A program made the translations under genes and the position numbers. Positions 23,446 to 35,695 of a stretch of 64,000 bases of DNA are shown here, one piece after another; the first letter of the stretch is position 1, and the number at the start of each line of letters is the position of its first letter. The stretch is from Convolutriloba macropyga (lineage: Eukaryota). The notes under the pieces were generated by a model. That model ran no database searches, was not told the DNA's origin, and was given only the letters and a program-made list of their open reading frames with translations. The DNA is taken from NCBI RefSeq assembly GCF_964194025.1, contig NC_134471.1, positions 55,242,001 through 55,306,000 on the forward strand, written 5' to 3'.

Positions 23446-26029
23446 ACATAAAAAGAAGGAGCTGCTACCCTATCGGATCTCAAAAGCTCCGAACTCATTT
23501 CAAATGGATGTTCTACTCCTGACTGAAAACGATAAAACGTATTACGTGCTAATTAGAAACCTCAAATCTTTAACATGCAGAATTAAAAACCCAGATGTGC
23601 AATTGCGAAGCGATCGTAACTTTCTTTATCGAAACTGTTTTCATATTAGCTCTGAAAAAACCAGTTTGGAAAATCACCAACGAACATGTTTAGCAAATGA
23701 ACCTCTTGAAATATCAATGCCAGCAGAAAATCGGAAAAAACTAACAATCAAAAACAAAGCAGCTAGATCCTACTGTCCTTTCGTATGTTATTTTGATTTG
23801 GAATCAGTTTTGGAGCCCACTAGTTACGCTTTAAATGATCCGAAAAAATTAAGCACTATTGTAATTGAAAAACATCGACCAAGTAGTATTTGTCTAGTTG
23901 TCATTGAACAAGACAATCCAGTGCCATACTTTTTCAGTCTAAGAAGAGGACCAGACTCAATGGAAAAATTGGTGAAACTACTTGAAAAACTCTCTGAGAA
24001 ATTCCACAAGAAAAAACAAAAATTTCCTCATTTTATTGGTAATAGAAGTCATTTGGATGAAACCGAGAACTGTTGGATTTGCGAGGAAGCTTTTGCAACC
24101 AAAGATGTAAAAATTCTAGACCATTGTCATTTCTCTGGAAAGTTTTTGGGCTATGCGCACACACTATGTAACCTTCAAAGACAACGTACTAAGTTCACAC
24201 CAATTTTTGCGCATAATTTGGCAAACTATGATATTCATCATGTGATACGTGCCTTGAAATCTGGGAGTGAAAATAACACAATTTCTGTAATTCCAATCAA
24301 TGAAGAAAAATACGTATCACTGAGCTTGAAAGTTTGGCTTGGATCGTACACTACCAACAAAAGACATGTTCGTCATAAATATGAGGAAATGCGTTTTTTA
24401 GATAGCTACAAGTTCATGCACTCGTCGCTTGATACATTAGCCAAAAACTTGCCCAAGAATAACTATGTGTACATTGATAGTCATTTTTGCTCGCACTCAG
24501 ATGAAGAGAAGGACTTGCTTCGTCAAAAAGGATACTTCCCTTACTCATAAATTACCAGTTTTGAAAAATATGATGAGCCAGAACTCCCTGCCCGACATTT
24601 ATGGAAAAATAAACTGCAAGGAAATGAAATATCTGTTACTGAAAGTGAGTGGAAGCACGCTAGGAATGTATTTTCAAAATTTAATTGTTCTAATATTGGA
24701 GAGTATAGTGACCTGTATCTAACATGCGATACCCTTATACTCGCATGTGTGTTTGAACACTTCCGCAAAGTTTGCTTCGACACGTTCTCCGTTGACCGCG
24801 CGCAATACTACACAGCTAGTAATTTATCAGGCGATGCTTTCCTTAGAGTGTGTAAGGCAGACATTTAACTACTAACTGTGAGAGAGCATCTTGATATTGC
24901 GGAAGCAATGCTGAGGGGTGGAATTTCCAGCGTGTTTTCGAAAAGGTTATCACAAGCGAATAATAAGTTTGTGGAAGGATTCGATAACAAAAAGCCCTCA
25001 ACATTTCTCTGGCTAAATGACGCAAATAATTTATACAGGGGAATAATGGAAAAGTACCCTTTACCTTTGAACAATTTCATTATGGCGTCAAGTGTTACAC
25101 CCCAGAAAGTTTTTGAAACGGAAGCAGATTCTGAAGTTGGGTACATTGTTGAGGTGGACATAGAATATCCTCAAGTCCTACACGAGGCACATTCCGATTT
25201 CCCATTAGCTCCCACAAAGGAGATAATAAAAGAAAAATGGCTCAGTAATGACCAGAGAAATTTTTTAATAGAAAATGATATTCCGATACAATCAAAAGTC
25301 AAAAAGTTAATTCAGACAATGTATCCAAAAAAGAATTACTCACTGCATTATTTAACTCTTCAACTCTATTGTACAGTTAGGGCTGAAGGTAACACAAGTG
25401 AACAGGGTGTTGCAATTCAACCAGGCGAAATGGTTGAAACCCTACATAGAGTTGAACACAGAGAAGAGAAAACGCGCTCAAAACAAGATTGAAGAGGACT
25501 TTTACAAACTGTTGTCCAATAGTGCGTATGGAAAAACCTGTGAAGGGAAACGGAATAGAATTAATGTTCAGATAACGCAATCAAAATCAAAACTCTTAGA
25601 TCTGGCAAGTTGTAATAGTTTCAACGGAGTTAAAATAATGGACGAAAAACTTGTGTCCGTAGCAACAAAGAACAGCAAAGTTATGTGGGACAAACCAACA
25701 ATAGTTGGCTCGACAATTCTGGATCTAGCGAAATGTTTCATGTATAACTTTCACTTCAATGTAATGAAGCCAAACAAAAAATGTAAACTACTATATAGCG
25801 ATATGGACTCCTTTCTCTATGAAATTGTATCGGAAGACTTGTTTGAAGGCCTTGCCAAAAACATCGAATTAAAAAAAACACTTCGATTTTTCCAACTACG
25901 CTGAAGACCACGTTCTTTTTCATAGAAGCCAGAAGAAAGAGACACTGAAATTCAAGGATGAGATGGGAGGGAAACTTATAAAGGAGTTCGTGTGCCTTAA
26001 ACCGAAGCTTTACTCTATCTTAGCTGAAG

Positions 26030-26144
26030 GTGAATAAATACTAGCAACTTACAAAACACTAGTTCACTTAACCCAACGCTTGCAACTAACTATTAACTTG
26101 TAAAGTAGAATTATTCTTTAAAGTAACTGTGTTGTATTGTTTAG
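26030..26144 (+). other. Spliceosomal intron 2 of pPolB (115 bp, phase 1)
   Basis: AAG|GTGAAT ... TTGTTTAG|AT. Removal gives in-frame LKPKLYSILAE-D-CVKKSAKGV. Confidence 0.8.
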
Positions 26145-26920
26145 ATTGTGTTAAGAAGTCGGCCAAAGGCGTCAGCAGGTTCACACAACAGCAACTCCTT
26201 CATAACATGTACAAAGAATGCCTGCTTTCTGGCCAAACGGTCAGAAAACCTAATACCAGAATCACTAGCCAGTCCCATAATTTGATCACAATAACGACAA
26301 ATAAAGTTTGCCTCAACAGTTTTGACAACAAACGATATGTATGTGACGGTAAAATAGACACACTTCCATTTGGTCATAATTGCATTGATTGGGAGGGCTT
26401 AAGCGACTGGAGTTTCGAAAGTGATAATGTTGCCAGTCTTGTGAACAACCCTGAATTGACCGAGGATATGCACTTAGAAGGGGGATATAATGTTGACATT
26501 TTCACTCCGCCCGACCCAGGGTTCAATCAAAGGGAATATTCAGAGACAGAATTACAAAATGTAGCAGATCTCGAAGCCGAAACTGACTCCAACTCTACCC
26601 CGACCCCTAACCCATTTTTCGATTTAGAAGCCATTGAAAGCCCCGATGAGGGAATACCTAGATCTAAAAAACCACGTGCCAAATTATTTGAATCAGACTC
26701 CGATTAATTTGTATATATGTGTGTGTACTCTTATTAGCCCAAACTGTAATTCTTTTATACAATTTTGTCATAATTCTGAAATTAAACGTTTGCTCTTATT
26801 TCTTATTCTCAGTGCTAAGTTTATTCCAACTTTGCTGAGTGAAGCAAAAAACATAAACAAAACCACTTTGACCAAACTCAGACACCATAAAATTAATATA
26901 AACTTTCCAAGTTCTGAGAC

Positions 26921-27078
26921 GGTCAAATTTCGGTTTTCCCCTACCAAGACAAATTCTGTGGACTATGGCATGCTCAAACTTTTTTCGCCTATGGGAGATT
27001 GCTATATGGTCTGAAAAAGGACTTTCCTTACCAATGTGGTCTCAGCGCGAACTTTCCTTACCAAAATCCTATACTACT
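26921..27078 (-). repeat. Right terminal inverted repeat (158 bp) of the Polinton
   Basis: Reverse complement of 10551-10708 with mismatches only at 27030 and 27060; followed by TSD TATGCT. Confidence 0.97.
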
Positions 27079-28044
27079 TATGCTAATATTGATTTATTAT
27101 ACTGATTTTTTTTGGCAATTGAAAATACTTGGCTCTGGTAAATAGGCGTTCACAACAAGTTTTAAGACGGTATAAACAATTGACGTTAGAAAATAGTTCT
27201 TCCGAAGCTACATAATTGAACTACCTTATTATAATAATCTATCAATTGTATTGCTAATCTCGTACTAATTTCTTTGTCTGCTTGCTGAACACAAGGTCAC
27301 ACGAGCTGGCAATTTGGACTATTTTTTTTAAATCTTATCATTAAATCTCCAATTCAAATTTGAAACAAATCTAAGTGCTATTCATGCTCAATGGTATGTT
27401 TGCAAGCAAATTTAAGTGACGACCTGCAAGAGAAAAAATTCGTCTACTTGAATGAGTTTATTTGGTGGAACATGCTAAGATGTTTTAAGCTGCTCGAATG
27501 GTTGATTGCACAGTGTCGCTTAGGAAGTCTCCCCCAATAATGGAACAGTCCCTGGTCAAAACTGGATATTATAATGAATGTAAAAAATAAATGCCAATTT
27601 TTTTTTAGATTTCTTTTCTCATAGAAACGAAACCCTACCATCTGAAAACGAAAAACCTGTTTGTAAGAATAAATTTCAGACTTCCTCGAAGAAGCGACAC
27701 TAGACATATCTGACCCGACAAGCCGTCCTTGTTATTTTTCGGAACTAACCTGGTCGATGCTATTTGAAAAATTTGTTGTTTGCGATAAATTTGGTGAATG
27801 AAAACCCGGTTCATCGTTAAATTAAGCGTAAAAGTGTTTATTTAATTATATATAGATAATATGTGTATATACATACATCGCGCCAACTTGTTAATTTTTT
27901 ATAAGTCGAGGTCTAAACCTGAGTGAGGTCATCCCGCATTGTGTTGTTCGTCCTCCGAGAGTGCATATTGCGTGATTTGAATGGTTTTGGTAGTGACAGG
28001 TGATCTTTGGGCTTAAGTGTTGCTCATGTCGGCTACAGCTGGTC

Positions 28045-28255
28045 TTCAGGTTGAAGTGCCAGACGGAAGCAAGCAAGTCCAGACCGTCTCCGACGGAAAG
28101 TTTATGTCTAAACCAACACAGACGTAAAGGTCGTGTCCAGACTTTCGTGCGTTTTCGATGTTTCCAGACTGCGTATTTTTGAACACACGACGCCCTCATC
28201 TTGCCTTCATCTTCGGTCTGGACATACTTGCTTCCGCCTGGGACCTCAACTTGGG
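28045..28255. mobile_element. MITE (~210 bp), older copy of the family at 40371
   Basis: Colinear with 40371-40586; inverted termini ...CCAGACGGAAGCAAG / CTTGCTTCCGCCTGGGACCTCAACTTGGG. Confidence 0.75.
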
Positions 28256-28765
28256 TGGTTCAAATGCATGTGTTGTGAATTTGTGTGCTTAGGGTTTGTC
28301 TGTTACAATGAGTTACAGTTGAGTTACAGGTGCGATCTTTATTTGGCAAAGTCAAGCTCACAAAATCAGGTATGCTCCAAATCTCTACTTTTCAGCTCAA
28401 GCACCCAGGTCGAGGCGTGCGCTCGAAATCACCCTGGTCCAGACGATTTCGAGCGCACGATTGTCCATTGTGCGCTCGAAATTACAGGGCAGTTTTGAGC
28501 GCACTTTAGTCTGATCAGTTCGATTATTATTAGGAGTGTGTTGGAGTGAATTGACGTAAAATGAGGCGTATTCTCCTCTATTTCTGGTGTTTAGCTTATT
28601 ACACAGAGTCTGAATTGAACATCTATTGCAACGGAGTGTTAGAGGATCAAATGTGTGATATCCCACTTCATTTTTTTTCGGTTTCGCAAAAAAACCCACA
28701 GAAAAAAACTCACTTAATTTTAGATGCGAAACAAGGAGGCTCGGTAATGTGCGATCGCACATAAG

Positions 28766-31363
28766 GTTCCGACCCCGCTCATCCACAATTGTCACCAAAT
28801 GAGGAACAGAGTGAAAAACACAAAAATTAATTTTGGGGATCCCAAAAAAACCCAAAAAAACCCAAATATTAAAAAAAATAGTGTATGAACAAAAAATCCC
28901 CCGAAGCTAATAACTCAGCAGAGTAAAAAAATAATGCACTAGATTGATGAGCCAATGATGTGCCAATATTAAGAAAGCGAGTTAAGGCGAAGAGCAAAAA
29001 CAGCAGTAACAAACATTAACAACATCATAAACTTTATGTCCGTTTTAAAAAAACAAAACTTAATAACCTAGTCAACATAGCGTCAGATAAAACTGCAACT
29101 GAATAAAAAAACTTGTATTTCACGAGAAACGATATAGAACCAGTCCATAATAAGGCTCGGTAACAACTAGACAGAAAAGAACAAAATCAGTAAAGTTGAA
29201 AAATTCGCTTATTTTTTTCTAAACCAAATAACTTCAAAAAAAAAAATTGAAAACCATTAGAAATGAAGTAAAATATCCCAAAGAATTAAAATTACCAGTG
29301 CTTTTTTTAAAGGGCATTAAGACGTGTCCTTATTCAATTTTTTCTGCGGCAAAAAAGAACAAAAAATGTCAACAAAGAAAAATTCAGTTAAAACTTGCCA
29401 GAAAACGCTGTTGAATCCGTAAACTCATTTTTTGGCTCTCAAAATACGTTCGATTGCGCCCTCTTCAAACACCGATAGTATAGTATGTGGTCTTTCATCC
29501 TTTCATTTATAAGACAAGGTAACAAGTAGACAAAAAAGAAAAAGGGCAAAAGTAAGTAGTACTTTTGATTTTTTTTCGAAACAAGATTACTTCCAAAGTC
29601 TTGAAAGCCATTTTACAAAATGAAATAATTGAATAGGTTCGTTTATCCGTCCAATGGAAGCCCTTAAGAAATGCAATTATCCAGAATATGCCTTGCGTCT
29701 ACAAAAAAACATCAAAGATGACAAATCAATTTTATTTGTGAAAAACCGAAGTCGAAGCTAGCCTAGAAAGGTCATAACGAATTCTTTAATTATAATAGAT
29801 TTTGTGACACCAATCCCTTTTGACACTTGCTTTGATCCCATTAATTTCTTTTTCGATCGATAATTAACAAGACTAGGTAATAAAAAGCCAAAAAAATTGC
29901 GAACTTAATAAGTTTTTTTTATTTTGGAAAACAAACCTTTTCAAAGTCATGGAAGCTATCAGCTATCATCCAATATCAAAACATCGATTCATCTATTCTT
30001 TCATGAAAAGCCAATAACATCGCTCATCAATCTGCAAATTTCATACGACTAAAAAGAGAAAGTAAAAGCGACAGTTAAAGACAATTGCAAAAAAATCAAT
30101 AAATTCTTCGAGAAAGGGATGTCGAAGCAGTTGAAACGTTAATCTATTTTTCAGTATTTTAATATGTTCAATTGTGCCTAATTTTTAACGCCAATAATGT
30201 GATATGAGAATTCTCAATATTAGGGTAATGTGACAAAACTAAAAAACGTGAAAAACGTTTAGAAACCAAATAACTAAAACAAAAACAAAAATCTGAAATC
30301 TAATGGCATCAATGCCAGAAAACAAAAACTTAAGGCTTAAAACCGCAAAAGAGATTAAATTTTAAATCAGTAGAAAAAAGAAGCATTCTTTATTTGATGA
30401 CACTAAGCTACAAGTTGACTAAATTATGAAAAAAAAGGAAAAATTTATTAAGCCAATATTTAATTAAAAATCAATTACTTTTAAAAGTCATAACGACCAT
30501 AAGCTTTTGAAGTAAAAAAAATGGATTAGCTTTGAGCTGCTCAGGAAACCAATTGAACCTATCACTCCTGAGCTTTGATTTGATATGTTTTGTTCTTTAA
30601 TTATTATAAAAAAGATCATTTTTTAAAGAGACTGACTGATTTCAGTTCGAATTCTCTTTGAATTGTAGCAGTTCAAAATTGGTCCAAAACTAGCCGTATA
30701 ATGCTGATCGCCTTTTTGGAACACTTAATTTTGTGAATGTTATAGATATAGATAGTTTGTTAGTTAAAAACTCAAAAAAAAATTTGCGTTTTATAATCAA
30801 CGAGTAAATTAACGAGAAACGGCAAATCTTTAATTACAGAGCACTCTCAAAAGAGGTTCAAGTAGGAATAGCCCCCCTTTGAGTCTACAAAGATTGTATT
30901 AGTGTTGTTTGGGGTTGTACTTCAGGAAAATTTAATCAAAGTGGACTAAAGAAGCTAATTTCGTGCTATTTTTGATGAAAAAGGCTGAATTTTGAAATAT
31001 TTAGCCAAATTTTTGAGAAAATAATCTGAAATAATCAACAATACTTTTTTGTCTTTAAAAACAAAATCAACAACACTGTTCTTAAAAATTTTAACAAATT
31101 GCAGCAAAATTGGCGAAATTTTAGTCAAAAATCCCGGAAAATGGGAATAAAATCGACGGAACTCCCTCTATTTTCTCAAAAGTTTAAACCTCGATAACTC
31201 CCTGTAAAAATAGAAAATCAGAAAAATCTTTTTAATTCCAGGACAAGCTTTCTAATGATACCAGTCTCAACTCTCTACGATGAATATATCGATGGGCGAA
31301 AATTGACCGAAAAAAAACCCATTTGAGTATATATTTCCTCCCCCCTCAAGAGGGGGTCGGAAC
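28766..31363. repeat. Non-autonomous ~2.6-kb element with 11-bp inverted ends and diverged ~355-bp internal tandem units
   Basis: GTTCCGACCCC (28766) / GGGGTCGGAAC (31353-31363). A motif like aagactaggtaacaa recurs at ~29150, ~29510 and ~29868 (also ~3017). The 3' block is shared with 5521-5708. Confidence 0.45.
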
Positions 31364-33049
31364 AATAAACCCCCGCGGGAATAAAACCCCACAGAAATAA
31401 ACCACCACTTTCTTTTTAACGAGCTGCCTATTTAGCGCGTTTGGCCATGCCTCGCGGGCCATGGCCATGCCTTAGCGGCTCGTGGTACTTGATATGAAAC
31501 TATCACAACCGAACAAACTATCACGACCTAAAGTTTAAATTGAGTGTTTGTTTCCGGGGGTGTTTTTCCCTTGGGTGCTTATTTGCTTGGGGGCTTATTT
31601 TCTATCTAAAACTAAGTGTTTTTTCCGTGGGGTTTTTTTCTACACCCCCATTTTATTTCTGAGAACAGTAGACAATGAGCCGGTGACTACGAAACTGTTG
31701 TCTTTAACCTTAGTTTATTGGGACGGTGGTGCAATTTTCGTTTTCGTCCTGGTCTGCCTCAAATGTTATCTGGAGATAATTTAAACAAAAAACTAATCCG
31801 AAATGGATGGAAAATCGATCTATTCTATTCCCCCCCCCCCCCCCCCCCCAGTTTTTTATGAACCCCAGTTACAAATTATATGTTGTTATACAGCACGTTA
31901 TTATGTAAGAAAATAGCACGTGCGCCTGGGGGTCATAAAAGACTTATGCTCACTAAGCTGGGGGGGGGGGGGACAGAATAGATACTGGCAAATAGTTTAG
32001 TGGGTATTTTCTCTGTATTAGGAACTGATGTGATGTACGTCTTTTGCCTATTTTTTATGCTTTTGTGGTTGATCTTTCGAAAATATTGGAGTTTTAAGCT
32101 TCGCTGGGTCACCGATTTTTGCAAATAATTTTTTATTGTCTTGGCAGATTGTATACAAGGACAGGATTTTGAGACCAAACTCTGGAATAATATACAGGAG
32201 GCTTTCACCAAGTTTTTGGATTCAGCTTTATTTGCCGCATGTATATGTGCATGTATATCTGGCACTATTTGGTATGTCTTGACTGGATCTATTTGGCAAT
32301 ATCAGTTTTGAGGTCAAGTCATCTCGACCTCGTTTTTGTTTTTGTTTGTTATGGTCCAAACCAACTATATTGGCAGCAGAACAAGAAATTGTTTTTGGCC
32401 GAGTATTTGATTCAGAAAAGCACTAAGAGTTTGTTTCCCTAGTAAAATCTCAGTCTACACCTCACAGTTTTCAAGGCTGAAAAATGGTGGTTTCAAACGC
32501 TGTCTTTTGCCGTTTTGCTAACTACTTTGAAGTGGTTTTTTGCTCTACCCTCGTTGTGTTCCTCTTTGTGTCGCGAGTGAACGACTCTCCAGGTCTTACA
32601 TTTTAAGCAATTAAACTTATGAAATACGTAAAACATGCTGATGTAGTGCCATATCACTACAATCTTTGTGTGGAAGTATTCCGTATAGGAAAACGAGTGA
32701 AAGAATTTTGGAAATCTCTATGCAGTTCAATTTTATAGTTGAGAAATGCAGAACAGTTGAGCAATTTTAAACATTTGGTGATTTCGGCTATTTTGGGGAT
32801 GCAACGGCTGAAAACTGGCTGAAAACGCTTAATAATGTCCCAATGTACTGTCCTGATGTCTACCAGATGATCTATGGTAATTTGCGTCCAGTTTTAACCA
32901 GTCGGTGCAGCTCCACGTGAAAATGTTGCCGAAAACGCGTGGCACGTTACAAAATTTTTCACAAAAGTTAGTTTTGACTTGCGATTCAACTCGCAAGTGG
33001 TAGCCGAGTCTTGGCCAACACTAGCCAGACTTGTAAGACTTGTATTACG

Positions 33050-34150
33050 ACTTGTCAAGTACTGAACAACGAAATAGAACTTTAATTTAGACTTGCCTAG
33101 TACTGATATAGACTTTGAGTTCGGTACGGGTTCACTGATTATTTGATGTGTTTACTGGAAACATAAATGTATTGCATTTCTGGTTTCCTCTGCTCGACAA
33201 TCTATTGAAGGTGTTGAATAATTGCACAAAAAGCTGCTATATGATGGTATAAATGTGTTCTCTGGCTTCACGAAGATCTGATGACAAAATCTGTGTTTTA
33301 AACTGAGGTTGGTCTTGAACTGCAAGAACTTTATTAACGCGATGCTGGAAAGTTGTATTTTTTCGCAGGTAATATCTTTGACAACGAATTCTTTAAGTTA
33401 GCACGTTTCTTTTTACTTCAACCTCAAGTTTTTGATTGTTGCTAATCAGTTTTGAAACTTTTGTTACTTATCTGACAGTTTCCAACAACATCCTAATGCA
33501 TTTCTTACCTAAGAGCTCTCGTGGACTGAAAATTTAACTAGTTTTCTGGTTGATGGATTTGCGTGATCGTTCATACTGTTGAAAGCTGTGCACAGGCTTC
33601 CCATATTAAAATTTATATCGGTGTAGCAAAAATTTTATGACATTTTTGTTTGCAACAGATTAAATTGTGAAATCACAGTAGTAACATTAAGAAATCGGTG
33701 ACTTGACTAAGAGTTCCCTACATTTTTGTTTGAACACATCATGTTTTTGTCGAACATGATATTCCACATCACAGAGCTTAGAACACGAGACCAAAAATTT
33801 TGGTGTGCTCTGGCACTTCTTGTGAGAAAAAGCTGTGTCCACCTTTAAAAATGTCAATTCAGTATGACTGTAAAAGAGTCAGACTGCAAGATAACAACAT
33901 CAAAAATTTTTTTTTGCCAAATTAAAGCATTTTTTGGCCGAATTTTGCATTGCAGAGTTTCCATACTGTTCAAATCATTTTATAGAATGAATAATATGTC
34001 ATAGGAGCTCGAATTTTATCATAATTGGCGTTCCGTTATATATAAACTTGCTGACGAATTCAATTGGTTCCTCCTTATAAACATTAAAGTCAGTTCTCCT
34101 AGCTGTTCTTCCAATCATATACTCATAGCTTACGTCTGTGTAACGTTTCT
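33050..34150 (-). mobile_element. Decayed hAT (Charlie/ZBED5-like) transposase relic
   Basis: In correct order on the minus strand: HSFF..E (HCxxHRE-like, ~33825), PRELLGKKCIR (RWLSxGxxLxR-like, ~33515), FIPSYSSFLC...ETRNAI (PFxSTYLCE...KxRNxL-like, ~33170-33255). Confidence 0.4.
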
Positions 34151-34639
34151 TATTTCATTAGAGCAGTAGTAACTGTATATTGAGGTCAAACTATTTTCTA
34201 CATTTTCGATGTTTGATACACTTACCAGACCGTCAGTGCAGAAGTCTAGAGTACAGAACTCTTCAGTATAGCCGTTTAAAAAGCTACGGAAATGGAAAAA
34301 AAAAGAAAATGAGAAAGTTTATGGCCGTGGGAGACACCTTCGTCTGTAGAAAACTTTTGGAGAAACTTTTGCGTTAAAAATTAAAAGGTTCGGTTGTACG
34401 CCATCGAATGCGGATTTGAAATCAACAACGCTTAAATAACTTTTCTTGTACGCCCGTAGGTCTTCGCGAATACGTTTTCTTAAAAAACTTGCACACGTTT
34501 TTCAAAGGATTGGACTGTTGTTGCTGATAATGCAAAAAAAAAATTTGGCGACCTGGTATCAAAGGGCAGAATACACAGTGCCCGTTCAGCACATCTTCAA
34601 GCATTAGGAACAAAAAGAGCATATACATTGTAAATAATG

Positions 34640-35200
34640 AGTAAATATATGCATTGTTTGCTTATCTGCGTTGGTTTCAGAAATCTGTGTTTTCATACCC
34701 CATAATCCAATTTTCATCTGTTATTGAACTACCGGCATTGCAAATAAAAATTGCTGGTCCTCGTCGTTCGAGAAATCCAGTCTCCTTGTTCTCTCGTCTT
34801 CATTTTTTTTCTTGGATTTGACTTGAGATTTATCTTCTCCATCTGGTAGTTGTTGTGCATTCGAAACCTTCAATTAGACGTAAAGATCGCTAGACCCCTC
34901 AAACCAGGACAACGTCACCGTGACCCAGGAAATTTTTCAAGTTCTTTCTCTTTAAAGGGCAGACCTTCGTTCATCTCATTTCAACATTTACTTGAACTAT
35001 TGGTTTTTAAAAACGGAGGCGAGCACAGAAAAGAAAACGGCCGCTCACATAGCTCGAACACTGTAAAATGCGACCAGACAGGAGACGAGAACAAATTACA
35101 AATGAAAAATCACGAACTTCCAAAAATCAGATGAGGAACCAATCTTATAAAGTTTATTTAAAATGAACAACTGGGACTCCAGTAGGAATAGGGAGAAGTA
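34640..35200. repeat. Dispersed repeat, second copy at ~40140-40950
   Basis: Colinear similarity (attgtttgcttatctgcg...gagaaatccagtc...aaaaacggaggcgagcacagaaaagaaaa). The second copy is interrupted by a MITE. Confidence 0.75.
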
Positions 35201-35461
35201 TGCCGTGGTTGAAACACAAATGACAAGAGTTTTATTATTTTAATAAATGATAATAAAATGGCCTAAAAGTACAAAAATTCAAAGGTATTTATAGTGGCCA
35301 TCAGAATGAAAAATTACGGAACCATCTAGATATAGATATAGCTGACAATGGTTAAATATTACCTTAATTATGAGCAAGATTTTCCCCATGCCGTATATTG
35401 CAAGTATTAGTGCAGTTTCTTCCACTTAACACGTCGTTCTCCCAACCTGAGAACATATAAT

Positions 35462-35695
35462 TGGTATCTACAGGAAAGATAATCGCGTTGAGTTATGGTT
35501 ATCAATGATGGTGGGAAGGTCGAATTGTTTCCTCAAAATTATGGTTTTGTAAACTGATAAACTTGTGGTACGAACAAGTTTGAAGTAACGTTTCGGTTCA
35601 AATTAGGAGCTGTTACTCATGCAAATTACTTCACAAACATCAGGTGAAAAAGTTTTAACATACACTCTTAGATCTGATCTTCGCGATTTATCACA
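35462..35695 (-). repeat. 3' LTR of the Gypsy element
   Basis: TG...CA ends, adjacent polypurine tract, colinear with 39245-39493 but visibly diverged. Confidence 0.8.

Larger units (their letters stand above)
22268..26707 (+). pseudogene. Protein-primed family B DNA polymerase with N-terminal C2H2 zinc fingers and an endonuclease VII-like insert; 3 exons (22268-23305, 23446-26029, 26145-26707)
   Basis: ExoI YFDLES; EndoVII CWIC...DHCHFSG...AH..CN; ExoII HNLANYD; FLDSYKFM; KGYFPYS; DANNLY; KLLSNSAYGK; YSDMDS; KPKLYS; KSAKGV; TLPFGH. Stop at 24548; frameshifts ~22690, ~24866, ~25375, ~25878. Confidence 0.95.
10551..27078 (+). mobile_element. Full-length Polinton/Maverick (adintovirus-like) integrated DNA virus/transposon, 16,528 bp, coding-defective
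   Basis: Ends AGTAGT...ACTACT. 158-bp TIRs; 6-bp TSD TATGCT (10545-10550 and 27079-27084). Encodes ATPase, RVE integrase, minor and major capsid, C5 protease and pPolB. Confidence 0.97.

Noticed and set aside
31830-31972. Poly-C and poly-G tracts facing each other
   Set aside because: Low-complexity homopolymers, also seen elsewhere (e.g. ~7650); no further structure.
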